Shown here piece after piece: positions 36,037-44,140 of a stretch of DNA of 44,140 nt. Below the pieces are notes generated by a model. The model searched no databases. It was given only the letters and a program-made list of their open reading frames with translations, and was not told the origin of the DNA. The first letter of the stretch is position 1, and the number at the start of each line of letters is the position of its first letter. The stretch spans positions 1 through 44,140 of the forward strand of contig DATGDI010000008.1 in NCBI GenBank assembly GCA_035310965.1, in the 5' to 3' direction. The position numbers were made by a program, and so were the translations under genes. The DNA comes from Methanomicrobiales archaeon. Lineage in GTDB: Archaea; Halobacteriota; Methanomicrobia; Methanomicrobiales; JACTUA01.

Positions 36037-39000
36037 ATGAGGCTCTATATCTTAGCACTCCTGATCATCTTCCTGTCCACCATCTCGGCCGTGGCCGACG
36101 CCCAGGTCGCCCCGGATCATATGATTATCTCCGGCAAGGACTGGATGGTGGCAAATGGCATGGATACCTCGACCATCACGGTGACCGTGTACGATACGGC
36201 AGGAAATCCCCTCCCCCTCGTCTCGGTCACCCTCCAGGGAACCCCTCCCTGGACCCTCTCGGCCACGAGCGGGGTGACAGATCCCTTCGGCCAGATCACC
36301 ACCGTCCTCCAGCCTACCACCCGGAGCGGCTCGGACCCCATCACCGTGAATGCCTCGGTCATCGAGGCCGGCGTATTGAAATCCATCGAGCAGGTATACC
36401 TGCAGAACATCGACCACAGCATTCCCCAGACGGCTGTCCCCACCTACGACGTCAACGTGTCCATCGGGGGAACCACCTCCCTCCAGGTAAAGGTGACAGA
36501 TGCCTACGGAAACCCGGTAGACAACCGGAATATGGTTGAGACGGTCCAGTTCACCACCTCAGGGTCGACCGGCTCGGGTTTCTGGGATGGAACCTCCTAT
36601 GTGAAGATACTGACGGCCCCCGTTGACTCCGGCGGTATTGCCCATGCGACCTTCCTTGTGGCCCAGTCCGGTGCCAACTTCGTAAACATCCAGCCTCCCT
36701 CCCCCATACCCAGCCGGTTGATCACCATTACCGGGATCAATGATGGCTCACCCTATGCCATTACCCAGGCCGTCTCCCCGGGCGGATATCCATACCCCTA
36801 TACGAGTACAGACGGGAGCAAGTTCAGGGTTCTCTACACCCTTCTCGACCAGTTCGGGAACCCTTCGGGAAACAGGGGGGTCGTGATAACCACGAGTGTC
36901 CCGGGCGAGCAGATGACTCTCACCACGAACAGCTATGGAATTGTTGCATTTTACTATCAGAAGGATATCGCCGGGCTCTACACCCTGACGGCAACCGCCG
37001 TCGACAACTCGAGCGTGACGGCCTCGCAGACGGTGGAATTCGTGGCCGCGAATCCCACCACCATGCTCCTCACCGCGAGTCCCCAGACGATGCCCTCCCG
37101 GGACGTGGTGGCCTCCACCACCTCCACCCTCTTTGCCAAGGTCATCGACGATATGGGGAACCCGGTGAAGGGGGAGGTGGTGAGCTTCACCGTCTGGTCG
37201 TACAAGGTCGGGATCTACGACCAGACCGTGAACCCATCCATCGAGAACGAGACTACCGTGACCGATATCCCCCGCACCGTGCTCACGGCCACGACAGATA
37301 CCGACGGGCTTGCCCATGTCACCTTCCGGCCCGGTGCATTCACGACGAACCGGTCGGATTCCAAGTACAGCTACACGGCCCAGGGAACTGCCCTCATCCA
37401 GGCCACCTGGGGATCTGTTACCCAGACCATTGAACTCCAGTACATGAACTACCCCTTCCTCTCTGTCGGTACGTCGGTGGAACCGAAGACGGTCGTCGTC
37501 AACAATACGGTAAACATCTCCGTCCAGCTCAGGGGAGATGGCTGGGCCCTCCAGCCGAAGCCCCTCGACGTGGTGCTCCTGTGGGACCGGTCGGGATCCA
37601 TGCTCTTTAACGAGACTCTGGACACCTCAAAGAGTCCAGACCTGATTACCTCGGAATCCCCCGACGACCGCCTGGTCATGGCCATGGCCGCCGGAAAGCT
37701 CTTTGTCGACAAGATGAACAGTTCGGACCGGGTCGGGCTCGTCTCCTTCGGGGATCTGAGCGGGACCAGTGGATGGGCTGTCCTCTACCATACCGGGAAC
37801 AGCACCTCCGATTCCCACCTGTACAGTCTCGGCTGGCGTGCGGGCAGAGACTATACCCTGGATAAATATGGGAACGGCCAGCAGTACTCCACCGATGACG
37901 CGACCTACGTGACCTCGCGTTACCCGGGTCACGGTGCCTGGGGAAAGTACTACGGGTCTGCGATGGCAACGACCGACCTGAACCTCAGCTACGACAAGTC
38001 GACGGTAAAGAACATCGTCTCCAACATGGTTCCGAACGGAGGCACCCCCTTGCGGCAGGGCCTCTATCAGGCGGTCAGGCAGATCATCAGTGACCCGGAT
38101 ATCCTTGCCCACAGGCGGGACAATGCCATCAGGGCCATCGTGCTCCTCACCGATGGCGCCTGGAACACCGGCGGTGACCCGAGGGGTGGATCCGGTGCGG
38201 TCTCGCTTCCGGGGATAAATACCGGGAGCGTCATCACCCTCGCGGCGCAGAACAACATCTCCATCTACACCATCGCCCTCGGATCAGAGCCCTACAAGGA
38301 TCAGCTGGCGTCCTATGCCAACCAGACCGGCGGGAAGGCGTACATTGCGAATTCAGGCCTTGACCTTGACTCCATCTACGCCTCCATCGCCGGCGAGCTC
38401 CACACCCAGGCCGGGGTCGGAACCGCCATGGACCTCTCCTTCCACACCATCGACGTGAATGGGGCCATGATCCCCGGTATCGATGTCCTGAAGTACGTAC
38501 CCAAGAATCCGTATTCGACCCATGAATTCAGTTACAATGCAACGATGCCGGTCATCGTCAACCGGTGGTACGACCAGACGACGGACTGGGATACGGACCA
38601 GAACCTCTCCTTCAACGTCGGGACCATCTTCATCGGGGGGGTATGGGAGGCGAACTTCTCCATGAAGGTTCTCAAACAGGGGAACATCAAGATCCTTGAC
38701 TCGAATTCCTCCATCAGATTCAACGACGGATCCAGCCTCCCCATTCCGGACACCTACATCACCTCGCTCCCGAACAGCACAGGGATCGGTCTCGAGGGTA
38801 TTGGTATCCGGGTAACCGATGTTCGCAGGACGGACACGGGCACGAACCCGGACTACGTGGATGTCGCGTGGAACCTCGCCTACACCGGTCTTGAGCCCTT
38901 CATCCAGGAATATGTCGACATCCGGCAGGAAGGAACCCTTGAATGGAACCGCCGCATGGCGAAAACGGTTGACCCGTTCACGACGAGCGATGCCTTGACC

Positions 39001-39138
39001 CTGTCTATTTCAAGCCTTCCCGCGGGCATCTGGGAGGTCAGGGTCACGGCCCATGCCGACGATGCGGGCGATGATGCAATGTCCACACAGTTCGCCATCG
39101 TCAAGGCAGAGGGGACCTCGAAGATCAAGATCACCTGA
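36037..39138 (+). CDS. large secreted protein: N-terminal Ig-like (Big_1/invasin-type) repeats + von Willebrand factor A domain + C-terminal beta-rich region
   Basis: Signal peptide MRLYILALLIIFLSTISAVADA. Repeated ...TVTVYDTAGNPL / VKVTDAYGNPV / AKVIDDMGNPV modules. MIDAS DRSGSM (VVLLWDRSGSM), GGTPL, VLLTDGAWN, IYTIALG. GTG 36028 is an alternative start. Confidence 0.8.
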   Translation: MRLYILALLIIFLSTISAVADAQVAPDHMIISGKDWMVANGMDTSTITVTVYDTAGNPLPLVSVTLQGTPPWTLSATSGVTDPFGQITTVLQPTTRSGSDPITVNASVIEAGVLKSIEQVYLQNIDHSIPQTAVPTYDVNVSIGGTTSLQVKVTDAYGNPVDNRNMVETVQFTTSGSTGSGFWDGTSYVKILTAPVDSGGIAHATFLVAQSGANFVNIQPPSPIPSRLITITGINDGSPYAITQAVSPGGYPYPYTSTDGSKFRVLYTLLDQFGNPSGNRGVVITTSVPGEQMTLTTNSYGIVAFYYQKDIAGLYTLTATAVDNSSVTASQTVEFVAANPTTMLLTASPQTMPSRDVVASTTSTLFAKVIDDMGNPVKGEVVSFTVWSYKVGIYDQTVNPSIENETTVTDIPRTVLTATTDTDGLAHVTFRPGAFTTNRSDSKYSYTAQGTALIQATWGSVTQTIELQYMNYPFLSVGTSVEPKTVVVNNTVNISVQLRGDGWALQPKPLDVVLLWDRSGSMLFNETLDTSKSPDLITSESPDDRLVMAMAAGKLFVDKMNSSDRVGLVSFGDLSGTSGWAVLYHTGNSTSDSHLYSLGWRAGRDYTLDKYGNGQQYSTDDATYVTSRYPGHGAWGKYYGSAMATTDLNLSYDKSTVKNIVSNMVPNGGTPLRQGLYQAVRQIISDPDILAHRRDNAIRAIVLLTDGAWNTGGDPRGGSGAVSLPGINTGSVITLAAQNNISIYTIALGSEPYKDQLASYANQTGGKAYIANSGLDLDSIYASIAGELHTQAGVGTAMDLSFHTIDVNGAMIPGIDVLKYVPKNPYSTHEFSYNATMPVIVNRWYDQTTDWDTDQNLSFNVGTIFIGGVWEANFSMKVLKQGNIKILDSNSSIRFNDGSSLPIPDTYITSLPNSTGIGLEGIGIRVTDVRRTDTGTNPDYVDVAWNLAYTGLEPFIQEYVDIRQEGTLEWNRRMAKTVDPFTTSDALTLSISSLPAGIWEVRVTAHADDAGDDAMSTQFAIVKAEGTSKIKIT

Positions 39139-39180
39139 CCTTTTCTTTTTTCTAACCAGGTGGATTTTTTCCTTTCTTAT
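39139..39180 (+). terminator. oligo-T terminator tracts after the vWA/Ig gene
   Basis: CCTTTTCTTTTTTCT ... GATTTTTTCCTTTCTT directly after TGA 39136-39138. Confidence 0.55.
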
Positions 39181-39402
39181 CTGGTTCTCCTGAGGGTTCG
39201 CCTAATCCTACGCCCACGTCTAAAACTAACACCAGATCGGGAACTGAACAGCTGACAATCCGACGCTCCTGGGGGACTCGCTCCACTCGCCCCCGCCGCT
39301 TCGGCGTCCCCCGAATGGCGATGGGCTTCTCATTCCGTTGAACCGTCGGATCACATATCCCGATACACGGAGGGGGATGGCCGCGCCGGGGGGCGATAGC
39401 CT

Positions 39403-39492
39403 CGCGACTTCGTCGCTAGAGGTCGGTTTCTACGCGACTTCGTCGCTCGACGTCGGTTTCTTACGAAACCTCCCTCTTACGAAACCTCCCTC
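39403..39492. repeat. two adjacent tandem direct repeats (30 nt x2, then 16 nt x2), each unit hairpin-forming
   Basis: CGCGACTTCGTCGCT[A/C]GA[G/C]GTCGGTTTCT at 39403 and 39433. TTACGAAACCTCCCTC at 39461 and 39477. Hairpins are GCGAC-TTC-GTCGC and GGTTTC-TTAC-GAAACC. Confidence 0.8.
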
Positions 39493-39638
39493 CCCCCCAA
39501 GAGCCTGACAATAATAACCGGATGGCTGTTATTCACCGATTTGCATCGAGAAAAAGAAAATGACTAGGGGTCGCATGACTCCGGAGGAACTCGTATTGAC
39601 AGGAAGCTAAAAGTTCAGGAAACTAAACTGGGGCGGAG

Positions 39639-39730
39639 CGGACCCAGCGGGAATCGAACCCGCGTCCTTGGGTCTCTTCTTCCGGTCCGGAATCCGAAGC
39701 CCAAGAGGATATCCTCTACCCCATGGGTCC
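39639..39730 (-). tRNA. tRNA-Arg (anticodon UCG) with a ~20-nt intron at the canonical 37/38 position
   Basis: GGACCCA/TGGGTCC acceptor, TTGGG...CCCAA anticodon stem enclosing CTTCGG[ATTCCGGACCGGAAGAAGAG]A, GCGGG-TTCGATT-CCCGC T-arm; 92 nt (72 mature). Intron at about 39674-39693. Confidence 0.7.
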
Positions 39731-39843
39731 AGTTCCCGGTTTCTTTCCTGCCTGTATTAACTATTCCCCCGGCCGGCTCCTCCCCCACCCCCGACGGCTT
39801 TATCCAAACGTTAAAACGTGGCCGCCCCCAAGTACGTGGTAGG

Positions 39844-40272
39844 ATGATCCTCTCAGCTTCCGAGATCCGGCGAAGGCTTGGGGAGCCGGGCGATCTCGTC
39901 ATCCGCCCCTACAGCGAGTCATGCCAGCAGCCGGCCTCCTATGACCTCAGGGTGACCGGCCACCAGATCCTGCCGCGGGGGTCGTGTACCCTCATTCCCA
40001 GCCTCGAGTGGGTGGAGATACCGGGAGACCTCGCCGCGACGCTCAGGTGCCGTTCCTCGTATGCCCGCCGGGGGCTCGTCCTCGGCGGAGGCTTCGTTGA
40101 CCCGGGATTCCGGGGGCAGCTCACCCTCTGCCTCGGGAACCTGAGCGCCGGGGACATTGTCCTCGCACCCTCGGAAAGAGTGGTCCAGATGATCCTCCAC
40201 CAGGTCACCGGGGGAGGGGAGCTCTACGGGGGCCGGTACCAGGACAGCCAGGGGGTAGTTCAGGCGCGATGA
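39844..40272 (+). CDS. dcd: dCTP deaminase/dUTPase-family protein (short form, probable dUTP diphosphatase)
   Basis: 142 aa with ASYDLR and GGGFVDPGFRGQLTLCL, the trimeric dUTPase-like fold motif. Confidence 0.75.
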   Translation: MILSASEIRRRLGEPGDLVIRPYSESCQQPASYDLRVTGHQILPRGSCTLIPSLEWVEIPGDLAATLRCRSSYARRGLVLGGGFVDPGFRGQLTLCLGNLSAGDIVLAPSERVVQMILHQVTGGGELYGGRYQDSQGVVQAR

Positions 40273-41240
40273 GGCTCATCCCGAGTGAGAGGAAGTATCT
40301 CGAGATCCTCCGGATCCTGAAGGAGCACCAGGATCCGATGGGGGCGAAGAGGCTCTCGGAGATCCTTGCGGAGCGGGGCTTCGTCCTCACCGACCGGGCG
40401 GTGCAGTACTACCTTCGCTACCTCGACGAGATGGGGTTCACCCGGAAGGTCGGGAACACCGGGCGGGTCCTGACCCGGGAGGGGATGGCCGAGACCGAGA
40501 GCGCCCTCGTCGGTGAGCGGATCGGGTTCATCATCTCCAAGCTGGAGCGGCTCGCCTTCCGGAGCACCTTTGACCCCGAGACAGGCACCGGCGATGTGGC
40601 CTACAACCTCTCCCTCGTTCCCGAGGGGGAGGTCCCCGGGGTCGCCCGCTCCTTTGAGAAGGTGTCGAAGGCCGGGTACGGCTTTTCCACGTCCTACCGG
40701 ATCCTGGACCGGGATCCCCGGGTCCCGGAGGGACATGTGGGGATCATCTCGCTCTGCAGCATCACCATCGACGGGGTGCTGCAGCGTTCCGGGATACCCG
40801 TGACCATGGCCTACGGCGGCCGGCTCGGGTTTGAGGGCGGGGTCGTGAAAGGGTTCCTCGACCTCATCGGCTACCGGGGGACGACCATCGATCCCCTCCA
40901 GCTGTTCATCTCGGCTGGCCTCACCTCCATCCGGGAGGTCGTGGCCTCGGGAAACGGGGTGGCCCTGGCCAACGTGAGGGAGATTCCCGTTCCTGCCCTC
41001 GATCATGTCACAGACCTCCTCAGAGAGATGGGCCGGTGGGGGTTCACCCCGCCGGTGAGCATCGGGACCCGGGCCTTCAACGCCCCGTACACCCCACACC
41101 ACGTTTCCGTCGTATCGTACAGCGGGATGAACCTGGTCGGTCACGGGGTCGAAGAGGGCTACCACATCCGAACCGAGATCGGGGCCGGGAACATCCAGTT
41201 CTCGAAGATGGAGCCGGGGGTTGAGAAGGGTAACCGGTGA
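40269..41240 (+). CDS. nrpR: NrpR-family nitrogen regulator (winged HTH + one NrpR regulatory/DUF128 domain)
   Basis: KYLEILRILKEHQDPMGAKRLSEIL...RAVQYYLRYLDEMGFT followed by a DUF128-like domain (SLCSITIDG...). The ATG overlaps the dcd stop (ATGA). Confidence 0.75.
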   Translation: MRLIPSERKYLEILRILKEHQDPMGAKRLSEILAERGFVLTDRAVQYYLRYLDEMGFTRKVGNTGRVLTREGMAETESALVGERIGFIISKLERLAFRSTFDPETGTGDVAYNLSLVPEGEVPGVARSFEKVSKAGYGFSTSYRILDRDPRVPEGHVGIISLCSITIDGVLQRSGIPVTMAYGGRLGFEGGVVKGFLDLIGYRGTTIDPLQLFISAGLTSIREVVASGNGVALANVREIPVPALDHVTDLLREMGRWGFTPPVSIGTRAFNAPYTPHHVSVVSYSGMNLVGHGVEEGYHIRTEIGAGNIQFSKMEPGVEKGNR

Positions 41241-41403
41241 GAATCCGGTTCCCTTCCGGGGAACTCGTGAACCCGCAGAGGGACGGGAAAATGGGGTGTC
41301 TTCGGGGAGAACACCCGGTTCTCAATTATTTCGCTCCTCTTCCCGCGGGAGGCAAGGATTTCCATTGCATGGCCGTTTCCCCTGGATTCCTGTGGCGAAT
41401 CAT

Positions 41404-41449
41404 GATTTTCCCCCATATCAGGGTTCGCAACCCTCATATAGGGGAAAAC
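41404..41449. promoter_or_regulatory. 46-nt imperfect palindrome (21-nt arms around CGC)
   Basis: GATTTTCCCCCATATCAGGGTT-CGC-AACCCTCATATAGGGGAAAAC with 3 arm mismatches, flanked by further TTTCCCC / GGGGAAA boxes (41377, 41492). Confidence 0.5.
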
Positions 41450-41709
41450 TGGATTATCTCAGGGCCTCCCCTTTCTTCGGGTATGGAATTCAGGGGAGAA
41501 ATCATGGGTTTCATGGTAAAAGACTGGCGATAAAGCCTCCTTTGGGATGCCACGAGAAAAATGCTTAACACTAGAAATCGTATATAAAGGTAATTTCTAA
41601 CAAGATAACCCATATTAATTGTCAAATTCCACTAAACAGACCTATAAAGTGCTTTAATCAAGTTATCTATCCATAATCCGCTCATTCACACAGCGTAATT
41701 GTTATATAT

Positions 41710-44140
41710 ATGGACGAGAATACCAGTTATGCACACGGCAGAGAGGTGAATACCACGAGGTACATTTCGATACTTACCATCCTGTTCCTCCTCTCGCTTC
41801 TGGTAGGTATCCCTGTGGCCGCCGCGGTGACCGTCGAGGTGGTCAGCTCGCAAAAGTGGATCACCGCAAATGGTTTGGATTCAGCCTATATCAGTGTCAG
41901 CGTCACCGATGGGGGCAAGGCCGTCAGCGGGGCGGCGGTTGTCCTCAGCGTTTCGAGCCCCTGGGTCCTCAGGGACACCGGAGGAACGACCCCGGCCGGC
42001 GGGCAGATAGCGACGGTTTTCCTTCCTACCACGAAGTCCGGCACCGCCGAAATCACGGCGACCGTGACCGTCCCGGGTTCCCCGATCCCGGTTATCGGGA
42101 ACTATTCCCAGAAGATCGATGCCTCTCATCCCATGAGGGCAGAGAAGAAGTATAAGATCACCGCGTCGGTGGGATCCATTACCGACATCACCGTACGGGT
42201 AACGGATATCTACGGGAACCCGGTCACGAGCCTCATGGATCCAAATCTGGTCACCTTCAACACCACCTCGAGCGGGGACAATACCTTTGTGGATCCATCC
42301 TCCAAGAAGGTCAAGGTAAAGAACCTCGCCATCGCCCTGAATGACACCGGCTATGCCAGTGTCGGTTTCGCCGTCAGTACCCATCCCGGTGACAACTTCC
42401 TCTATATCACCCCTCCCAGTCCGCTTCCGCCGTCCCTGATCAAGATCCGGGGAATCGCTGACCTGCCCCCCGCCTCCATCACCCAGACCGTCACCCCCGG
42501 GGGGAAGCCCCCCACCCTCCCCACGTCCACGGCGAAATTCATCATCGAGTACGAGCTCACGGACACATATGGGAACCCCTCCACGAACCAGTATCTCAAC
42601 ATCAGCACGAATGCCGGTGAGAGCCGGACGATCCTTTCCAACAATGCGGGGAATGTGATTATCTCGTACGGCCCGAAGGCCACGGCGGGGAGGTACACCA
42701 TCACCGCGACATCGCAGGCGGACCCCAACGTATCCGTGGTCCAGCTCGTCCAGTTCCTGGCAGGCGATCCCACGAATATGCTCCTCACCGCAAGTCCCCA
42801 GAGCATGGCAAGCCTTGACGTGGACCCGGGCACCGTGAGCAGTCTCATCGCGAAGGTCGTTGATGCCTCGGGGAACCCGCGCGGGGGTCAGACCGTCTCC
42901 TTCAGCATCCAGCCTCCGGTGAAGAACGGATCCTATATCCAGACCAGCCTCCCCTACCTTGACAGGAAGACCTATACTATCGGGGATGAGGTCACTGCGA
43001 TTACCGATGAGAACGGCCTTGCCACCGTGGACTTCTACCCCGGTGCCTTCTTCAGTAATACGAGCGATCCCCGGTTCAGCACCATGGCCGTCGCGACCGC
43101 CACGGTCCGGGCCAAGTGGTCATCGGTGACGAGGACGATGGATCTGAGTTACAAGAACTTCCCCTACCTGAGCGTGTACACCTCGGTGGACCCGAGCACG
43201 GTGGAGACAAACCGTACGGTGGATGTCACCATCCGGGTGAAGGGCGACGGCTACGCTCTCCAGCCGAAACCGGTCGATGTCTACATGGTCCTCGACCGTT
43301 CCGGATCGATGCTCACGGATTACCAGGACCGGATGGTGGTCCTCATGAAGGCAGCCGAGACCTTCGCCACCAAGTTCAACTACACCACCGACCAGCTGGG
43401 GCAGTTCTCCTTCGGGGAAAAGGGCTCGGTTGATGCCACCTGGGACAACAACTGCGGGAAGGACGGAGATTCCAGCGATGACGCCGCATACGCCAGCAAG
43501 AACTATCCCGGAAGTCCCAGGTCCTACAGTGATTATGCATTCATGGACATCGGACTCTCCAGGTCCCCTGCAAATATCGCCTCTGCCATCAAGGCCACGG
43601 TCCCCGGTGGCTACACCCCCATGCGGTATGCCCTCAAGCAGTCCATCGCCGCCCTCATCAACGACAAGAACAAGGGCGTGGTGAAGGCCCTCGTGCTGTT
43701 CTCAGACGGGGACTACAACTATTTCGGCGACCCCCTTGCCCGCGGCTCGGTGGGTTCCACGGATCCCACGTCATACGATGACCTGAACCCGGACTATGTC
43801 TCCTTCAGCGGTGTCTCCTCCCAGAACATGGCGGTTTACGCGAAGGCGAACAATATCAAGATCTTCACCATCGGGTACGGGGCCCAGCTCTCCTCAGGCG
43901 GCAGGGACACACTCCAGAAGATCGCAACCACCACGGGCGGGAAGTACTACTATGCATCGACGGGAGACGATCTCGCCAGCGTATTCACGGATATCGCCGG
44001 AGCCCTGAAGGACACGGCCGGGGTGGCCACGTACGTTGCGCTGGACTTCTCGAAGGTGGAGGTGACCGATGTGAAGGGGGTCCAGGTCGGCACGGGCTCG
44101 AGCGTCTTCAAGTACGAGCGGATCCCGTGGAAGTCGACCC
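41710..44140 (+). CDS. second large secreted Ig-like + vWA protein, paralogue of 36037..39138 (3' end beyond window; absent from the ORF track)
   Basis: I read frame 1 codon by codon from ATG 41710 to the window end and found no stop (810 codons). TM/signal RYISILTILFLLSLLVGIPVAAA; VRVTDIYGNPV and AKVVDASGNPR modules; MIDAS VYMVLDRSGSM, GGYTPM, LVLFSDGDYN, IFTIGYG. It is colinear with paralogue 1 (e.g. NMLLTASPQSMASLDV vs TMLLTASPQTMPSRDV). Confidence 0.8.
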   Translation, partial: MDENTSYAHGREVNTTRYISILTILFLLSLLVGIPVAAAVTVEVVSSQKWITANGLDSAYISVSVTDGGKAVSGAAVVLSVSSPWVLRDTGGTTPAGGQIATVFLPTTKSGTAEITATVTVPGSPIPVIGNYSQKIDASHPMRAEKKYKITASVGSITDITVRVTDIYGNPVTSLMDPNLVTFNTTSSGDNTFVDPSSKKVKVKNLAIALNDTGYASVGFAVSTHPGDNFLYITPPSPLPPSLIKIRGIADLPPASITQTVTPGGKPPTLPTSTAKFIIEYELTDTYGNPSTNQYLNISTNAGESRTILSNNAGNVIISYGPKATAGRYTITATSQADPNVSVVQLVQFLAGDPTNMLLTASPQSMASLDVDPGTVSSLIAKVVDASGNPRGGQTVSFSIQPPVKNGSYIQTSLPYLDRKTYTIGDEVTAITDENGLATVDFYPGAFFSNTSDPRFSTMAVATATVRAKWSSVTRTMDLSYKNFPYLSVYTSVDPSTVETNRTVDVTIRVKGDGYALQPKPVDVYMVLDRSGSMLTDYQDRMVVLMKAAETFATKFNYTTDQLGQFSFGEKGSVDATWDNNCGKDGDSSDDAAYASKNYPGSPRSYSDYAFMDIGLSRSPANIASAIKATVPGGYTPMRYALKQSIAALINDKNKGVVKALVLFSDGDYNYFGDPLARGSVGSTDPTSYDDLNPDYVSFSGVSSQNMAVYAKANNIKIFTIGYGAQLSSGGRDTLQKIATTTGGKYYYASTGDDLASVFTDIAGALKDTAGVATYVALDFSKVEVTDVKGVQVGTGSSVFKYERIPWKST

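Noticed and set aside
39403-39492. Possible CRISPR array or att site of an integrated element at tRNA-Arg
   Set aside because: The repeats are directly abutting with no spacers. No integrase or other mobile-element gene lies nearby. I found no copy of the tRNA-Arg 3' end elsewhere in the window to serve as a second att site.
41240-41709. NrpR operator (GGAA-N6-TTCC) downstream of nrpR or upstream of the vWA gene
   Set aside because: I scanned every GGAA in the region by eye and none is followed by TTCC at a 6-nt spacing.

Overview
High-GC (about 60-65%) archaeal chromosomal segment, most likely from a methanogen of the Methanomicrobiales type. The lineage call rests on an HMf-type histone, archaeal-type SAM synthetase, RFC large subunit, Cbf5, NrpR, an intron-containing tRNA, two methanogen-marker-like genes and an S-layer protein with a PGF-CTERM signal. 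Most of the window is densely packed housekeeping. It starts with an ABC importer (binding protein, permease, ATPase) and ribosomal protein L10e. A long co-directional, overlap-coupled cluster for the reductive TCA branch follows: fumarate hydratase alpha/beta, 2-oxoglutarate:ferredoxin oxidoreductase korDABG and succinyl-CoA synthetase sucCD, ending in a DacZ-type diadenylate cyclase. Next come SAM synthetase, hisG-hisA-hisB, a histone, an MtxX-like and AIR-synthase-like pair, rfcL, UPF0146, archaemetzincin, UPF0316, a HEAT-repeat protein, nadC-nadX, a YdeI-like protein, iorAB, an orphan DNA methyltransferase, cbf5, hemD, a TctA/DUF112 membrane protein, thyA and four tRNAs (Ile, Ser, Gln, and Arg with an intron). 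The last ~13 kb is a lower-GC cell-surface region. It holds an 838-aa S-layer-type protein, AMP phosphorylase, and two paralogous giant secreted Ig-like + von Willebrand A proteins flanking tRNA-Arg, dcd and nrpR. The second paralogue runs off the window and is absent from the ORF track. I found no recognisable defence island, CRISPR array, transposase or integrase. The most unusual signals are structural. (1) Two diverged duplications of adjacent gene junctions in the kor-suc operon each create a 25-26 codon bridging mini-ORF with ATGA start/stop overlaps at both ends. (2) A roughly 58-bp hairpin-containing tandem repeat array (4.5 units) fuses into the 3' end of a small membrane-protein gene. 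(3) L10e carries a roughly 90-aa EK/GAGKP-repeat tail. (4) The vWA/Ig paralogue pair has repeat-rich, palindromic non-coding flanks. Most long antisense ORFs in the track are high-GC artefacts.
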